64,000 nucleotides of DNA, taken from assembly GCF_032191835.1 (NCBI RefSeq), contig NC_083236.1, positions 20,212,001-20,276,000 on the forward strand, read 5' to 3'. Source of the DNA: Heteronotia binoei. Lineage: Eukaryota. The number at the start of each line of letters is the position of its first letter. The stretch's first letter is position 1. Below are positions 36,871 to 48,869 of this stretch, piece after piece. The notes beneath the pieces were generated by a model. That model saw nothing but the letters and a program-made list of their open reading frames with translations, made no database searches and was not told where the DNA came from. Position numbers and translations under genes: made by a program.

Positions 36871-39720
36871 GTATGAAAAGCATTTAAACCTCCACTCTGA
36901 CCAGAGATCCAAATGGATCTCCCACAGATGAATATTCAACAGATGTTTGCAACATTTGCAGTCCTGCTCCACAAAGTAGTAACAATCACAACTGATGCAC
37001 GGAGCAGGGTAGAAACTCTACCATATTCCCCAGGAAAAGAACATGCAAGATCTCTGCAACCAAGTGGAATCTTAATTAACAGAATAGCAAAGTACTCATT
37101 TAAAATCAATTGATACCATGACCATTCATTTTCAATAGCACTATTTGAAAATTGTGTTGTTCTCATCAACAGCAATATGAGCAAAAATAAAAAATGTAGG
37201 ATCAGATGCATGATTATCTGGGATTTTGAGCTTCAGAAGTGAAATTCTTAATTATGTCAGAGACATCTGCTGTGGTCTTCAGCTCAAGGTGGTGCTGGAG
37301 CCACTTTCATTGGACTGCGCCAAGAAATATTAGCAATTAAGCAATGTTATTTTTTTAATCAAGTCTAAGCAATAACTTTTAAAAAGTAATTTGACTTAAC
37401 TGTAAATCTAAATTTAATGCAAACATAGAAATAAAACTATTATTTATGACCCTCTTTCTCTTTCAATGAAAAAAAGAAATTGGTGGGAGAAACATCTTCA
37501 TCAGTCATCATACAGCCCAACATTTCACGAATTTATTCCACAGCTTGATACTTGGGCCAGCAACTCACAAGTTACCACAGTGGCTGTTCACAAATCCCTC
37601 TGGGTGATCCACCTTTTGAGCAGCAACTACCTGATCTCTCCATCTGGCTTAGTACTTTAATTTTAAATATTTATTACATTGCCTGCTAATTTTTTAAAAA
37701 ATGAATATTTACTATTCATCTTATGGAGGCCACTGATGTAAAACTATGACTGAGCCTTGCTTGTTGCAAGATGACTATTTGATGAGGTGGGGAGGGTCCA
37801 GGCATAGCAGTTTTATAAAGGGGGCAAAGTAAAACAGAAAGACACCCTGGAAACAACCAGCACTTTCCAGTGCTGATTCCACCATCTGTCAACACAACCC
37901 CATTAAGTCTGAGGATACAAAATCCCATGACTTGGAGTCATAAACATTATGTTTATCTAAAAATATACAATGACTCAAGTCTCTTCCACCCCCCTAAAAT
38001 AGTAAAAATATTTCTTTAAATATTTTAGAAACTTACCCGTGTACCCCCTGAAGACTACAGTTTTAAAATAATTGTGTTTTTATGGGAATAGCAACCAATT
38101 TGTACGCATCTTCATTTATCAAAAGAATGAAATTTATTTTAAAAATTAAATCTGTGATTTAAATTTGGCCGGTTTCTCACCAATTGATTGCTGCTTTAAA
38201 AGCCCCTTGATCTCAATCAATCCTTCCTGATCAACAATTGGTGTGAGAGAACAGACTGGGGCTTTCATTGCTAAAGGGATAATGGATAGTACTTACCGAA
38301 GTTTTTCATTACAGTCTTTTTATACAGCATGTATTTAAATCTGCCTCCTCAGAGTATGCTATTGCACAGTAAAAAATAAATAAATGACATTTAGTAAATC
38401 TGCTACTTTAGAATGACTACCTCTGCACAAGAATGTGTTGTTATATTATAGCTACATTTTAAAAAAAATGTATACCTCTCTAAAAGTAAATACTGCTTCT
38501 CATAGCAAATAAGATACCTAAAGCTATTTTAAGGAAATGTTTTGTCTGTTACATGTTCAATATTGGCAACAGAATGGATTTTTAATCTGGTAGTGACAAG
38601 GGAACAGATTACTATGGCAACAGCAAAGATGAAAATTCTTAACCTGAATGGATATTCACTGAAGTAATTGCAGGGTGTTTTCTTTTTCTTTTCTTTTTTT
38701 TTTAAAAATCCGATTCATTCTACATTCATTTTACAAACGCAGCATTCAACTTTGAGCTTGCTTATATAAAAGCCAAGTACTAAATGCAAGCTTTAAATGT
38801 AATCTCACTTTAAATACTTAGGGAACCTGAACTCAGCAATCACCCTTTGTTTCGAAACCTTTATTCTCTACAAACATCTTAACTATTTTTGTATATCACA
38901 GACGGAGGGGAGGGGGAGCATATTCTTCCATGAAGGACAGAGTCCAAGTTTCCTACTTTCATCGTAAATACATTTTTTTTTTTGCGAAACATTTGTAAAT
39001 ATAATTTCCATACTATATAGGAACTTGTATATGAGAATATTCAGTTTAAAAGGCAAGACTGCATCTTTTTAAAAAGCGTATCACAATATTCATAATAGGG
39101 CCTTACTACAAAAAACATGGTTACAAGGCCAGATAACGAAACAAGTGTATTCACTAGGTTAGGGGATTTCACACAAAAGTCAGCAATGTAACTTAAAAAA
39201 AAAAAATCACTACATTGCCTTTTGCTACATTGTACTGTTCTAAGAATGCCTTTATAATAGGGAGCTTTCTAATGCTAAATATACTGCTGTTCTGAGGCAA
39301 TGAACCCCTCCCCTCCCCCACAATCAACAAAGCTATGTCAGGGGCAGTGTACCCTACCACTACAGTTCTGGCATCTGCAGCCATCTCCAGGTTATCCACC
39401 CAACAAGTCTGGGCCAACTGGAAAGGATGCTCCCAAGGGTTGAGTAGTGGCACTTCCCAGGGTGGCAACATCCAGCCAGCACACAGCCCTTGGCACTGAG
39501 TGTCCCATCGCTTGGAGGGGGGCTTGCTGTGTTTGGTTGACTCAAAGCCAAGTCTTTAACACAGCAGAGCCCACTGAGGGGAGGAGGGTTAAGCAGAGTG
39601 GGCATGATTGGGGGTGGGAGGGCTGGCAAAGGTTTTGTGGCATCCAGCCTATCTAGAGATGTTTACGCTCAGGAGGATTTTTTTTTTAAAGATAATTTTT
39701 TTTCCCTGAGGATTTCCGTT

Positions 39721-39838
39721 TGGAAATTTGGAGGAAGTGTTAGTGGATAAAAACCTTATACAATATTTTCCTTTTGGAATGGAAATTTGGAGGAAGTGTT
39801 AGTGGATAAAAACCTTATACAATATTTTCCTTTTGGAA
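39721..39838. repeat. Perfect tandem duplication, 59-bp unit x2
   Basis: tggaaatttggaggaagtgttagtggataaaaaccttatacaatattttccttttggaa occurs twice. Confidence 0.95.
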
Positions 39839-40640
39839 TGAGAGAAATATATATAATTAAGACAGGATGGCTGATACCAGATGGCCGGTTCAGGCCGGCT
39901 TCAACCCTCCCCAAAAACAGCCAGCCGAAAATTGAGCACCCCGGAACTTCTGGGCGGTGCTCGGAAAAGGGGCGGGACGTGGGCACCCGGGGAGCATCTG
40001 GAATGCTCACGCATCCCATCCGCAGCTCCCTGGGTGCTCTTCAGGCGTTCCCCTGCCTTCCAGACGGCCAGGGAGGCACCTCAGAGGCACTCCAGTGAAA
40101 AGGCACTACTTTCAAAGTGGTGCCTTTTCGAGCCAGCTCCTGGCAAACCAGTGGCAGGACGGGGACAGGAGGCGGATGTGTGCGTGTTGATGCACTTTTT
40201 TGGACCGCCTGCCTCCTGCCCCCCAGGCAGCTTTAGAAGCCCATCTGTTATCAGCTGATGTTACTCAAAAATGTGTAGGATGAGGATTTTGGCAGCCGAG
40301 GAGACATCCCTGTCGATTCTGCTAAATATATCTGCAGCCTTAATAACAGCTGACCATTCCCTTCTTATCTAACAACTAGAATATGGAGTTGGTATACTGG
40401 AAGAGTTGCCCTTTGGTGTTTTTAGTCTTTTTGTCTGATGAAAAAAGCACAGGAGAAGGAAAGTCGTGAGCACCTCCAGGTTGCATTATTTTGCCACCTA
40501 CAGTCTTTAATATTTATATGAGGCTGATGAATGCGATCATCCAAAAGTATGTAGTTGGAAGTCATCAATATCTGGATGATTTTGTAACTACTCTATGTGG
40601 GGCTGTCTTTGAAGACAACCAGGAAGCCAACAGGAACACA

Positions 40641-40851
40641 TAGGGTTGCCAGCTCTGAGTTGGGAAATACCTGGAAGATTTTGGGGGTGGAGCCTGTGGT
40701 CTGGATAGGGGAGGGACTTCAATGGAATATAATGCCATAGGGTCTACCTTCCAAAGCAGTCATATTTTCAAGGTGAACTGATCTCTGATGGCTGGAGATC
40801 ACTTGTAATCCCAGGAGACCTGCAGCTACCACCTGGAAGCTGGCAACCCTA
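40641..40851. mobile_element. Short hAT element
   Basis: Termini tagggttgcca and tggcaacccta. TSD ggaacaca / ggaacgca. Confidence 0.9.
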
Positions 40852-40999
40852 GGAACGCATTGTTCCTATTTTAAAACAGCAGCATTGCAGTTTGTGCTTG
40901 AGTACAAAGTACTGGTGATGGACTTTAAAACCCTTCATGGCCCAGAATCCGAGATCTGGAGGAAACATGCAACTATTATGGTTCCCTAGCTGCTGCCTA

Positions 41000-41297
41000 A
41001 GAGCCCCATGGCACAGAGTGGTAAAGCTGCAGTATTGCAGCCAGAGCCCTCTGCTCACGACCTGAGTTCGATCTCAGCGGAAGCTGGTTCAGGTAGCCAG
41101 CTCCAGGTTGACTCAGCCTTCCATCCTTCCAAGGTCGGTAAAATGAGTACCCAGCTTGCTGGGGGGGAAAGTGTAGATGACTGTGGAAGGCAATGGCAAA
41201 CTACCCCGTAAAAAGTCTGCCATAAAACGTTGTGAAAGCAACATCACCCTAGAGTTGAAAACGACTGGTGCTTGCGCAGGAGACTACCTTTACCTTT
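41000..41297 (+). mobile_element. Sauria SINE (only plus-strand copy)
   Basis: Head agagccccatggcacagagtgg, B box gagttcgatc, tail ctacctttaccttt. Degenerate TSD tagctgctgcct / taggtgctacct. Confidence 0.9.
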
Positions 41298-42599
41298 TAG
41301 GTGCTACCTTCTGGCTTTCTACCCACTTAAAGGTGCTCACGACATCTAGCAAAAAATGTTCTTTTACACTACAGTAATGTCTCTCACTTTGTGGCATGTG
41401 CTCTCTAAGAAGGTGCAGACACCATCCTAAGAAGTTTTTAGGAGATACTGTAAGCCTGTTTATTTTCTAGGGTTTTTAATGTGGTTTAGGCTGGCGGAGG
41501 GAGCATTAATGAAGTTATACCACATTATGGTTTAAATGTATAAACCCGCTTAAGCCTCAAGGGAAAGGCATGGTATAAATATTTTAATAAAATAAATACA
41601 TATTATGTGAAACAATTTACATAATGTTGCCAGGTCCAACTCAGGAAATATCTGGGGACTTTGGGGGTGGAGCTGGGAGACTTTGGAGGTGGAGCTGGGA
41701 CACTTTCCCATTCCAAATAGATAATAAAAATACAGCAGTGCTGTTCCTCTGAATATAGTCTTCATTTCCTCCTCCTCTTTTTTGCCTTCAAAGAGTTCCC
41801 CAGCAGTTGTACTTCCACTAAATGAAAGTGAACATATATACACACACACACTCAAAAGTGAAGCTAGAATAAACCATTTGCAAGTCCGCACTTTTGTGAT
41901 CTCACTGGGGCAATTGACTCCTGGGAGTTGCTGGATGTAGCAATCTGCTATATTTCAACCAATTTCTTCAGACTAACACAAGAAGATGAAAGTAAGGAAC
42001 AGGGCAGTCTATGGGGTGGAGTTTTCCTCCATCCCATAATCAGGTTCTATGTGCCATAAGCAGGTTCTAGTTTTCCTTCTTCCCATAATCAGGTTTCATG
42101 TGCCTTTCAGTCACTGGCACATGAAATTGGATTAGCTTTAAAAGAGAAAAACTGAGGAACCCACTACCTTTTCCAAAATGTTTAAAGTAAAAATCATTTG
42201 GCTGGCTTGCAAAGCCTTTCATTCCTGGAGAGGCGCTGGCAGCCCAAGGATGCAAAATTTATTTATTTTTATTTTGTTCCACTTATATCCTGCCCTCCCC
42301 ATCGAGGTGGACTCAGGGCGGCTCACACAGACATGCATATACATGAATAAACATAATAGTATAACATTAAAACCATAAAACACAGAATAAAATAAACATA
42401 AATACATAAAAATTTTGGTGCTATGATCTTAACCATTTCCAAATTTGTAATTCTCTGTACAACGGATCTCAGTTGTTCTCTCTGCAGCTGCTGTACAGTA
42501 GATTGTTGGTGGTGGTTCATATGTTGCATTAAGCTGTAGTGGCCAGCAACCTAGTTCACAAATGCGTTGTGGAAGAGTGCCATCTTACACGCCCTGCAA

Positions 42600-43193
42600 G
42601 GAAAGGGTCTCTACCCACAATGCCTCTTGGAGTGCCTGAGAGGCATGGGCACAGGGAATGGAACTCTCCCCTCACACCTCTCAGAGACTCCAAGAGGTGT
42701 GGGCAGCAGGGCTTTCTCCCTGCTTTTGCACCCCATGGGGTAGGATCTTCCCCCTGCGCTTCTCAGAGTCTCCGAGAGGCATGGTTGGCAGGGCTTTCTC
42801 CCTGCTTTTGCACCCCTGAGGTGCAAAAGCAGGGAAAGGATCTCTTCCTTCCCAGAGTATCTGAGAGGCATGGGCTGGTGGGGCAACACCTTCACTGTGG
42901 CCTGATCTCTCCATACTGTCCTATGGGCCCATAGGATAGAACGGAGAGATCAAGCCACCACTGTGGTGTGACCACAGAGAAGTGGTTTAAAGTTTAAAAC
43001 TCCTGTATTATTGTGCCGCAGTGGTGACCTGATCTCTCCATTCTATCCTATGGGCCCATAGGATAGAATGGACTTCATTCTATCCTATGGGCCCATAGGA
43101 CAGAATCAAAAGATCGAGCCACAGCAACCCCAGAGAAGGGACGGGCACAAGTAGTTAGCCTTGCCTAGGGTGCCAAACAGTCTAGGTCTGGCC
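42600..43193. repeat. Minisatellite and palindrome-rich hAT-like remnant
   Basis: Repeats cagggctttctccctgcttttgcacccc and three ctatgggcccatag palindromes. The right end matches the 46345 MITE TIR. Confidence 0.65.
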
Positions 43194-45399
43194 CTGTTCG
43201 TACCCATCCCTTATCCTCATTCTGCTATGAAAGCTTGCTGGGTAACGATAAGAAAGTCACATACTCTCAGCATAACCCACCTCACAGGGCTGTTGTGAGG
43301 ATAAAATGGTGAAGAGGAGAATGAAGTAGGCCACTTTGGGTGCTCAACGAGAAGAAAGTAAATTAACAAATATTCATACCAGTTATATACAGTATAACCT
43401 GTCCCCCCCCCATATAATCATTTGCATATAACCTCTTTTATGGGGGTCATCTTTCCTTTTCATGTCATTTCCTTTTTGTGGAATTAGGGAATTGGTGTAT
43501 TTATAAAATGTAAATGTGTGCTTTTCTTACAAGCTAAACTGCAAATGCACCAAAAATTAAGAACAGCAAACTGCAAACTGCCGCACCTTATGCAACCTTA
43601 GTACATGTATCTTAGCTGTTGCTATGAGTTGGGGGTGGCAGGGTTGAAGACAAACCCCAGATTCTGTAGTAAACCAAAACAAGTGTGTTATTTGGATAGA
43701 AAACAGCCTATTCAGTTACAGCAAGACTAGCATTGGGATATTAAGTTATCGTTTATAATACTGGAATCACTGAACTCATCAATGGTATATCATCAGTAAC
43801 AGCAAACACAGAAGAAAGTAATGCAGGGCAGTCTGTACTCTCTAGCCTAGTCTTCGTAATTGCTATTTGTGTTCAATAAAATTTTAAACATGAGATTTTC
43901 CTGGAACAGTTTCTTAAATTTAATTTAAATATGTCTTTCAGCTCGCATAGTCATAGTTTCAGAGTCAATTTCCACCCCTACATCTAACACATCTGTATCT
44001 TTAGAATCCACAGGATTTTTTTTTTTTACCCATATTTCTATTTTGAGTATAAACACTACACCTAGAGTGAAAGTGAATAGAACAGCTTGCAAACCACTGA
44101 TACCTGCCTGGGGTCAAACATTCAAATTATGAATAATTCAAATGCTCCTCTAATGAAATAGCATTTTTTGACAATAAGTAGAATGAAGGCATCTGGCTGG
44201 CTTCCAAAGCCTTTCATTCCCAAAAGTGGAGCTTTTTGTCAAAATAAAGAATGTGTGAAGAATAAGCACACGTTGTAATTGTCACCATTAAAAACACACA
44301 CACGCTTGGGGTATGATTCATGGCACTTAAGCAGTTTTGCGGAACACTGATTTCAACCTGCGAGATTTAGGCATGTACTTACCTCTCCCCCTGTAATCAT
44401 CAGGGCTAACAATGCATACTTAACACTGGATCACGCCCCAAAGATTTCTTTCCACTCAAAACTGATCACCTCAACCTTTCTACAAGCTGCAGTCACCCAG
44501 AATCAATCTCCATATAGTTTATCTATCCACTTTCCATTGTTGGCCTCAGAACTGTAAACAGAGCTAACTTGAAAAATATTGGCATTTTTCAAGAATGCCA
44601 GCTGGCTAATTTAGATGAGGTACAAGACAACCTCCAAGCACAATAAAACAGCTATATTTTAAGCAGTGTTCTTCGTTTTCTGAAGTGAATCAAATCTCTC
44701 CATGGGGGTTATTTTGATTAGTGTCCAAATAATACAAAGCTATTTGTGTGCTCCCTTTGAGCAGAACAGTCCTCACTATTTGTTTATGGAATTCTCTTTC
44801 AGGCTTGGATTGTTGTTGTTTCTAAAATAAAGTCTCAAATACTTCCACAGGAAAACACAAATAAATTATTTCCCCCCCTGCCCTCGTGTTTTGTTACTGT
44901 TAATCGTTAAATGTTCCGGCATGGCACAGTTGTGCTGATGTTATGCTGACACAATATGTCATTCTAGCACAAAACCAGAAGTGATGTCACTGCACTCTAG
45001 TATTCATCCCAGACTTTATGGTGAATCATCTCTCTGGTGCAATGACATCCCTTCCAGTCTTACATTGAATGTGCCACACCAGAGAGACCCTCCCCCAGTT
45101 TTGCTCCTGCCAGCCTGAGAAGTGGAGGAGGAATGAGGGTTGATGTTCTCCCCTCCCCCCAATTAATTGCAGGAGTTTATGATTTAAAACCTGCTGGGTT
45201 GTGAGCACCGACAGAGCCACCACTTTTTCACTATTTTCAGTGCAGCTGGCACACATCTCAAAGCTTCTGCCTTACCTGACACACACACACACACCTATGC
45301 AGAGGACCAGAAGGACAAGAGAAGAAGGGAAGGAGTCCTTTGAACAAAGGCAAGATCAAAGCCTCTCCCTCCTTCTCCTTCCTTCTGTTATTTCAGCAT

Positions 45400-45603
45400 T
45401 GGGTTGCCAACCCCTAGGTAGAGCCTGGAGATCTCCCAGAATTAAAACTGATATCCAGAGACCAGTTCCCATGAAGAAAATGGCTACCGTGGACACTATG
45501 GCCTCACATCCCTATGGAGCTTCTTCCCCTCCCTAAACTCCATCTTCCCTGGGCTCAGCTCCCAAATCTCCAGGACCTTCCCAATCCAGAGCTGGCAACA
45601 GTA
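45400..45603. mobile_element. Short hAT element
   Basis: gggttgccaa...gctggcaac, homologous to 1877. Confidence 0.7.
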
Positions 45604-46051
45604 CATGTCCTGTGTGGCACTTCCTCTTGCCCCTGTGAGTTAGTCCTCCAATGCTCCATGCATGTTTGGATAGCAAAGCCTCTCTACCCAGCACTGAGGT
45701 CTCACCTCTGGCTCTTGTTCTTGCCTATGTGGGGATTTGGGGGTCTGCCTTACAGTGGCTCTCCTCCTTTCTCCAGAATCGGGGACAGAGGGTGGTACTG
45801 GGAAAGAGGATGTCCCCACAGTTTCCGCTGGATTGTGCAAATTTCTCTTTTCATGGTTGTATGAAAACTATTCTTGTCATGAGTGAGGAGAAGGAGATTG
45901 GATTCATACCCTATCCTTCACTCAGAGTGTCTTACAATCTCCTTTCCCTTCCTCTCCCCACAACAGACACTCTGTGAGGTAGGTGGGGCTAAGAGAGCTC
46001 TTTCAAGAACTGCTCTTGAGAAAGCAGTTCTTTCAAGAACTGTGACTGACC

Positions 46052-46337
46052 TAGGATTCCAAGTCATCTTTTTGAAACTTGGGGAGTGTTATGAGGACAG
46101 GAACCAGATGCTATGCTGAAATTTTAGTGTCTCTACCTCAAAAAAACAGTCCCTCTGGAACCCCAGATACCCACAGATCAATTCTCCACTATACCCTATG
46201 AGAATTGATCTCCATAGGGTATAATGGAGTGCCCAGCAGACATTTCCATCCCCCCTGCTTTCTGATAACCCTGAAGTGGGGGGAGGACCTCTAAACTGGG
46301 GGATCCCCTGCCCCCCAACTGGGGATTGGCAACCCTA
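46052..46337. mobile_element. Internally deleted long hAT element
   Basis: Termini taggattcc and ggcaacccta. Perfect TSD gactgacc. Confidence 0.88.
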
Positions 46338-46344
46338 GACTGAC

Positions 46345-46514
46345 CAGGGCTGACCCTAGATTGTCTGGCACCCTAGGCAAGGGTGACTTCTGTGCCCTCC
46401 CCTCCGCCGCACTGATAATGTCACCGAGTCACATGGGGGCACTCATTTTAGGACTCCTAAAAGGACGGCGCCCTAGGCAATCACCTAGTTTGCCTAGTGG
46501 CAAGGCCAGCCCTG
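46345..46514. mobile_element. hAT MITE (CAGGGCTGRCC TIR)
   Basis: Termini cagggctgacc and ggccagccctg. The right flank is tgactgac. Confidence 0.85.
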
Positions 46515-47223
46515 TGACTGACCCAAGGTCACTCAGCAGGTGAATGTGGAGAAGGGGGAATCAAACCTGGTTCTCCCAGATTAGAGTCCACACACTTAAC
46601 TACACCAAACCACTAAGCAAACAGCCCTGAAGGCTTACCCATAAGGCAAGCCCTATAAAGTTCCAGAGTTTGGGGGTGGGAAGAGAAAGAATCTGTGCAG
46701 GCTGTGAACTTTTTGCATCCTCCTAATTGCCGAGGGCTTATCCAAAAGCTGCTGGTGACTTCTATGGTGGCTTCTCTCGCTCGCAATGTGTAGCTTATGA
46801 TAAGGTTTACCAGCTGAACCAAAAAACAAAAAGAAAACAAATTTGCCCCACATGAAACACCTTTCTGGCTACTGGACTGTTCATGTGAAGAAATTCATTT
46901 TGCATTACCGACTAATTTAGAGCTTCTGCAGGAAATGACATTTGACTTGTAATATATATATATATAGATGAATATTACAAGCTAAGGAACTTTGTATTCT
47001 GAGCCAAGTAATTATGGATTCTGTCAGCATTACTAATTAATTGTAAAATAAAACAGGCAATGGGTAAAACCCCATCTTCAGCAATGTGTAGTCAGGGAAA
47101 TAAATGGAAGATCAGGCAGAAATAGCAGTGCCATTCTAAACAAAGTTACATCCTTTTGTATCCACAGAAGTAAAGGCATCACAAGTCTGTAACTGTACTT
47201 AAGTTGGCACTATAGGAGAACTT

Positions 47224-47870
47224 TGTTGTTGTTGTTCAGTCGCACAGAGTCCGACTCTTTGTGACCCCATGGACAAAGTCACACCAGGCCCTCATGTCTT
47301 CCACCATCCTCCGAAGTCTGCTCAAATTTGTGTTTGTTACATCAGTAATGCTGTCCAGCCATCTCATCTTTTGCCGTCCCCTTCTTCTTTTGCCTTCTTT
47401 AAAAAACAGTAAGTCTTCAGGTCTAGATGGCATACACCTGATGGGTCTTTCCCAGCATCAGGATCTTCTCCAGTGAGTGCTGCCTTCTCATTTGGTAGCC
47501 AAAGTATTTGAGCTTCAGTTTCAGCATCTGACCTTCCAGGCAACAGTCTGGGTTGATTTCCCTTAGGATTGACTGATTTGATCTTCTTGCAGTCCAAGGG
47601 ACTCTCAAGATTCTTCTCCAGCACCACAGCTCAAAAGCATCTATTCTTCTGCACTTGGCCTTCCTTATGGTCCAGCTCTCACAGCCATACATTGCTACAG
47701 GGAATACCATCGCTTTGACTATGCGGACTTTTGTTGTCAGGGTGATGTCTCTACTTTTTATTATACTGCCCAGGTTCACTATAGCTGTCCTCCCAAGGAG
47801 CAAACATCTTTTAATTTCATGGTTACAGTCACCATCTGCAGTGATCTTGGATCCCAGAAATGTGAAGTCT
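47224..47870 (-). mobile_element. BovB (RTE) LINE, 5'-truncated, (CAA)n tail
   Basis: FLGSKITADGDCNHEIKRCLLLGR...KAMVFPVAMYGCESWTIRK...FELWCWRRILRVPW. Confidence 0.95.
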
Positions 47871-48869
47871 CTCCCTTGCTTGCCTGTAAATGGCTGAGAA
47901 TGGTGACTAAGCCCTAAGCAAGCATTGAAATGGATGACCTCAGCTGCAGAGCAGGTCTTGGTCAGCAGAGATGCCAATCTCCAAGTAAGACCTGGGGATA
48001 CCCCAGAATTACAACTCATCTCCAGACTACAGAGACCAGTTCCCTTGGAGAAAAGGGATGTTTTGGACAGTGGACTCTATGGTATTGTACCCTGCAGAGG
48101 TGCTTGTCTTCTCCAGGTCCCACCCCCAAATCTCCAGGAGCTCCTGAACCTGGAGCTGGGAACCCTACCCCCTACCAATGGCCAGGGGAGACCTGGCAAC
48201 CTTGCAGGGTACTGATCTTGTTGGGTCTGAGTGGGGCTGCAGACCTAGTGCAAGAAGTAGGTGTTGTTGCACCAACTAGGAATGGTGAACACAAGGCTAT
48301 TGTCCTGTGTTCATATCAATGGAAAGTTACCCCCAAGTCCAAAACAGTCACACTGGATCAAACAGTCAAACTCTGCAACCTGATCCACAAGTATGGCCTC
48401 AACATGTACTACTAAGTGCTCCCGCCAGTATGCCAGGACACTGGCTTTGTCATACTGGACTAAGCCATGGGGGGCACCAGGGAGGTACCAATGGATGTCT
48501 GGTAGGGAGAGGATGGAGGAGGCTGCCCAAGGCTGGGGAGGGGAGTGGGGGGGGGGGCTGGCCTGGCCTACCACTCCCCTCCCTCCCCGCTGCTGTGTGC
48601 ATAGAATAAAGAGGTAATGATCCAAAACAAAAACCAGGGAACTTTGCAAAATGAGGGGGAAGCTGAAAGGTAAACTTGAGAGAGTCAAATCCTTAAGCGG
48701 ATGCTTGGAAGCTACTTTAAACCACATACGGAGACTCAGATAGAATGCGTACCTCAAGTCTAAAAGGATGACTAAGTAGTTAGTGACCAGAAGACAAAAA
48801 GGCTTATTTTAAAAAGTCAAAGGTTTACTAAAACAAAGGTGAATAGAAGGGAGCATGGAGTTCAGTAAA

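Larger units (their letters stand above)
45884..46610 (-). mobile_element. tRNA-derived SINE interrupted by two hAT elements
   Basis: Reverse homologue of the 23068 SINE. The halves rejoin at tgactgac-ccaaggtcac. Confidence 0.85.

Noticed and set aside
39360-39629. 89-aa Pro/Cys-rich minus-strand ORF
   Set aside because: No recognisable family or coding bias. The region is treated as non-coding.
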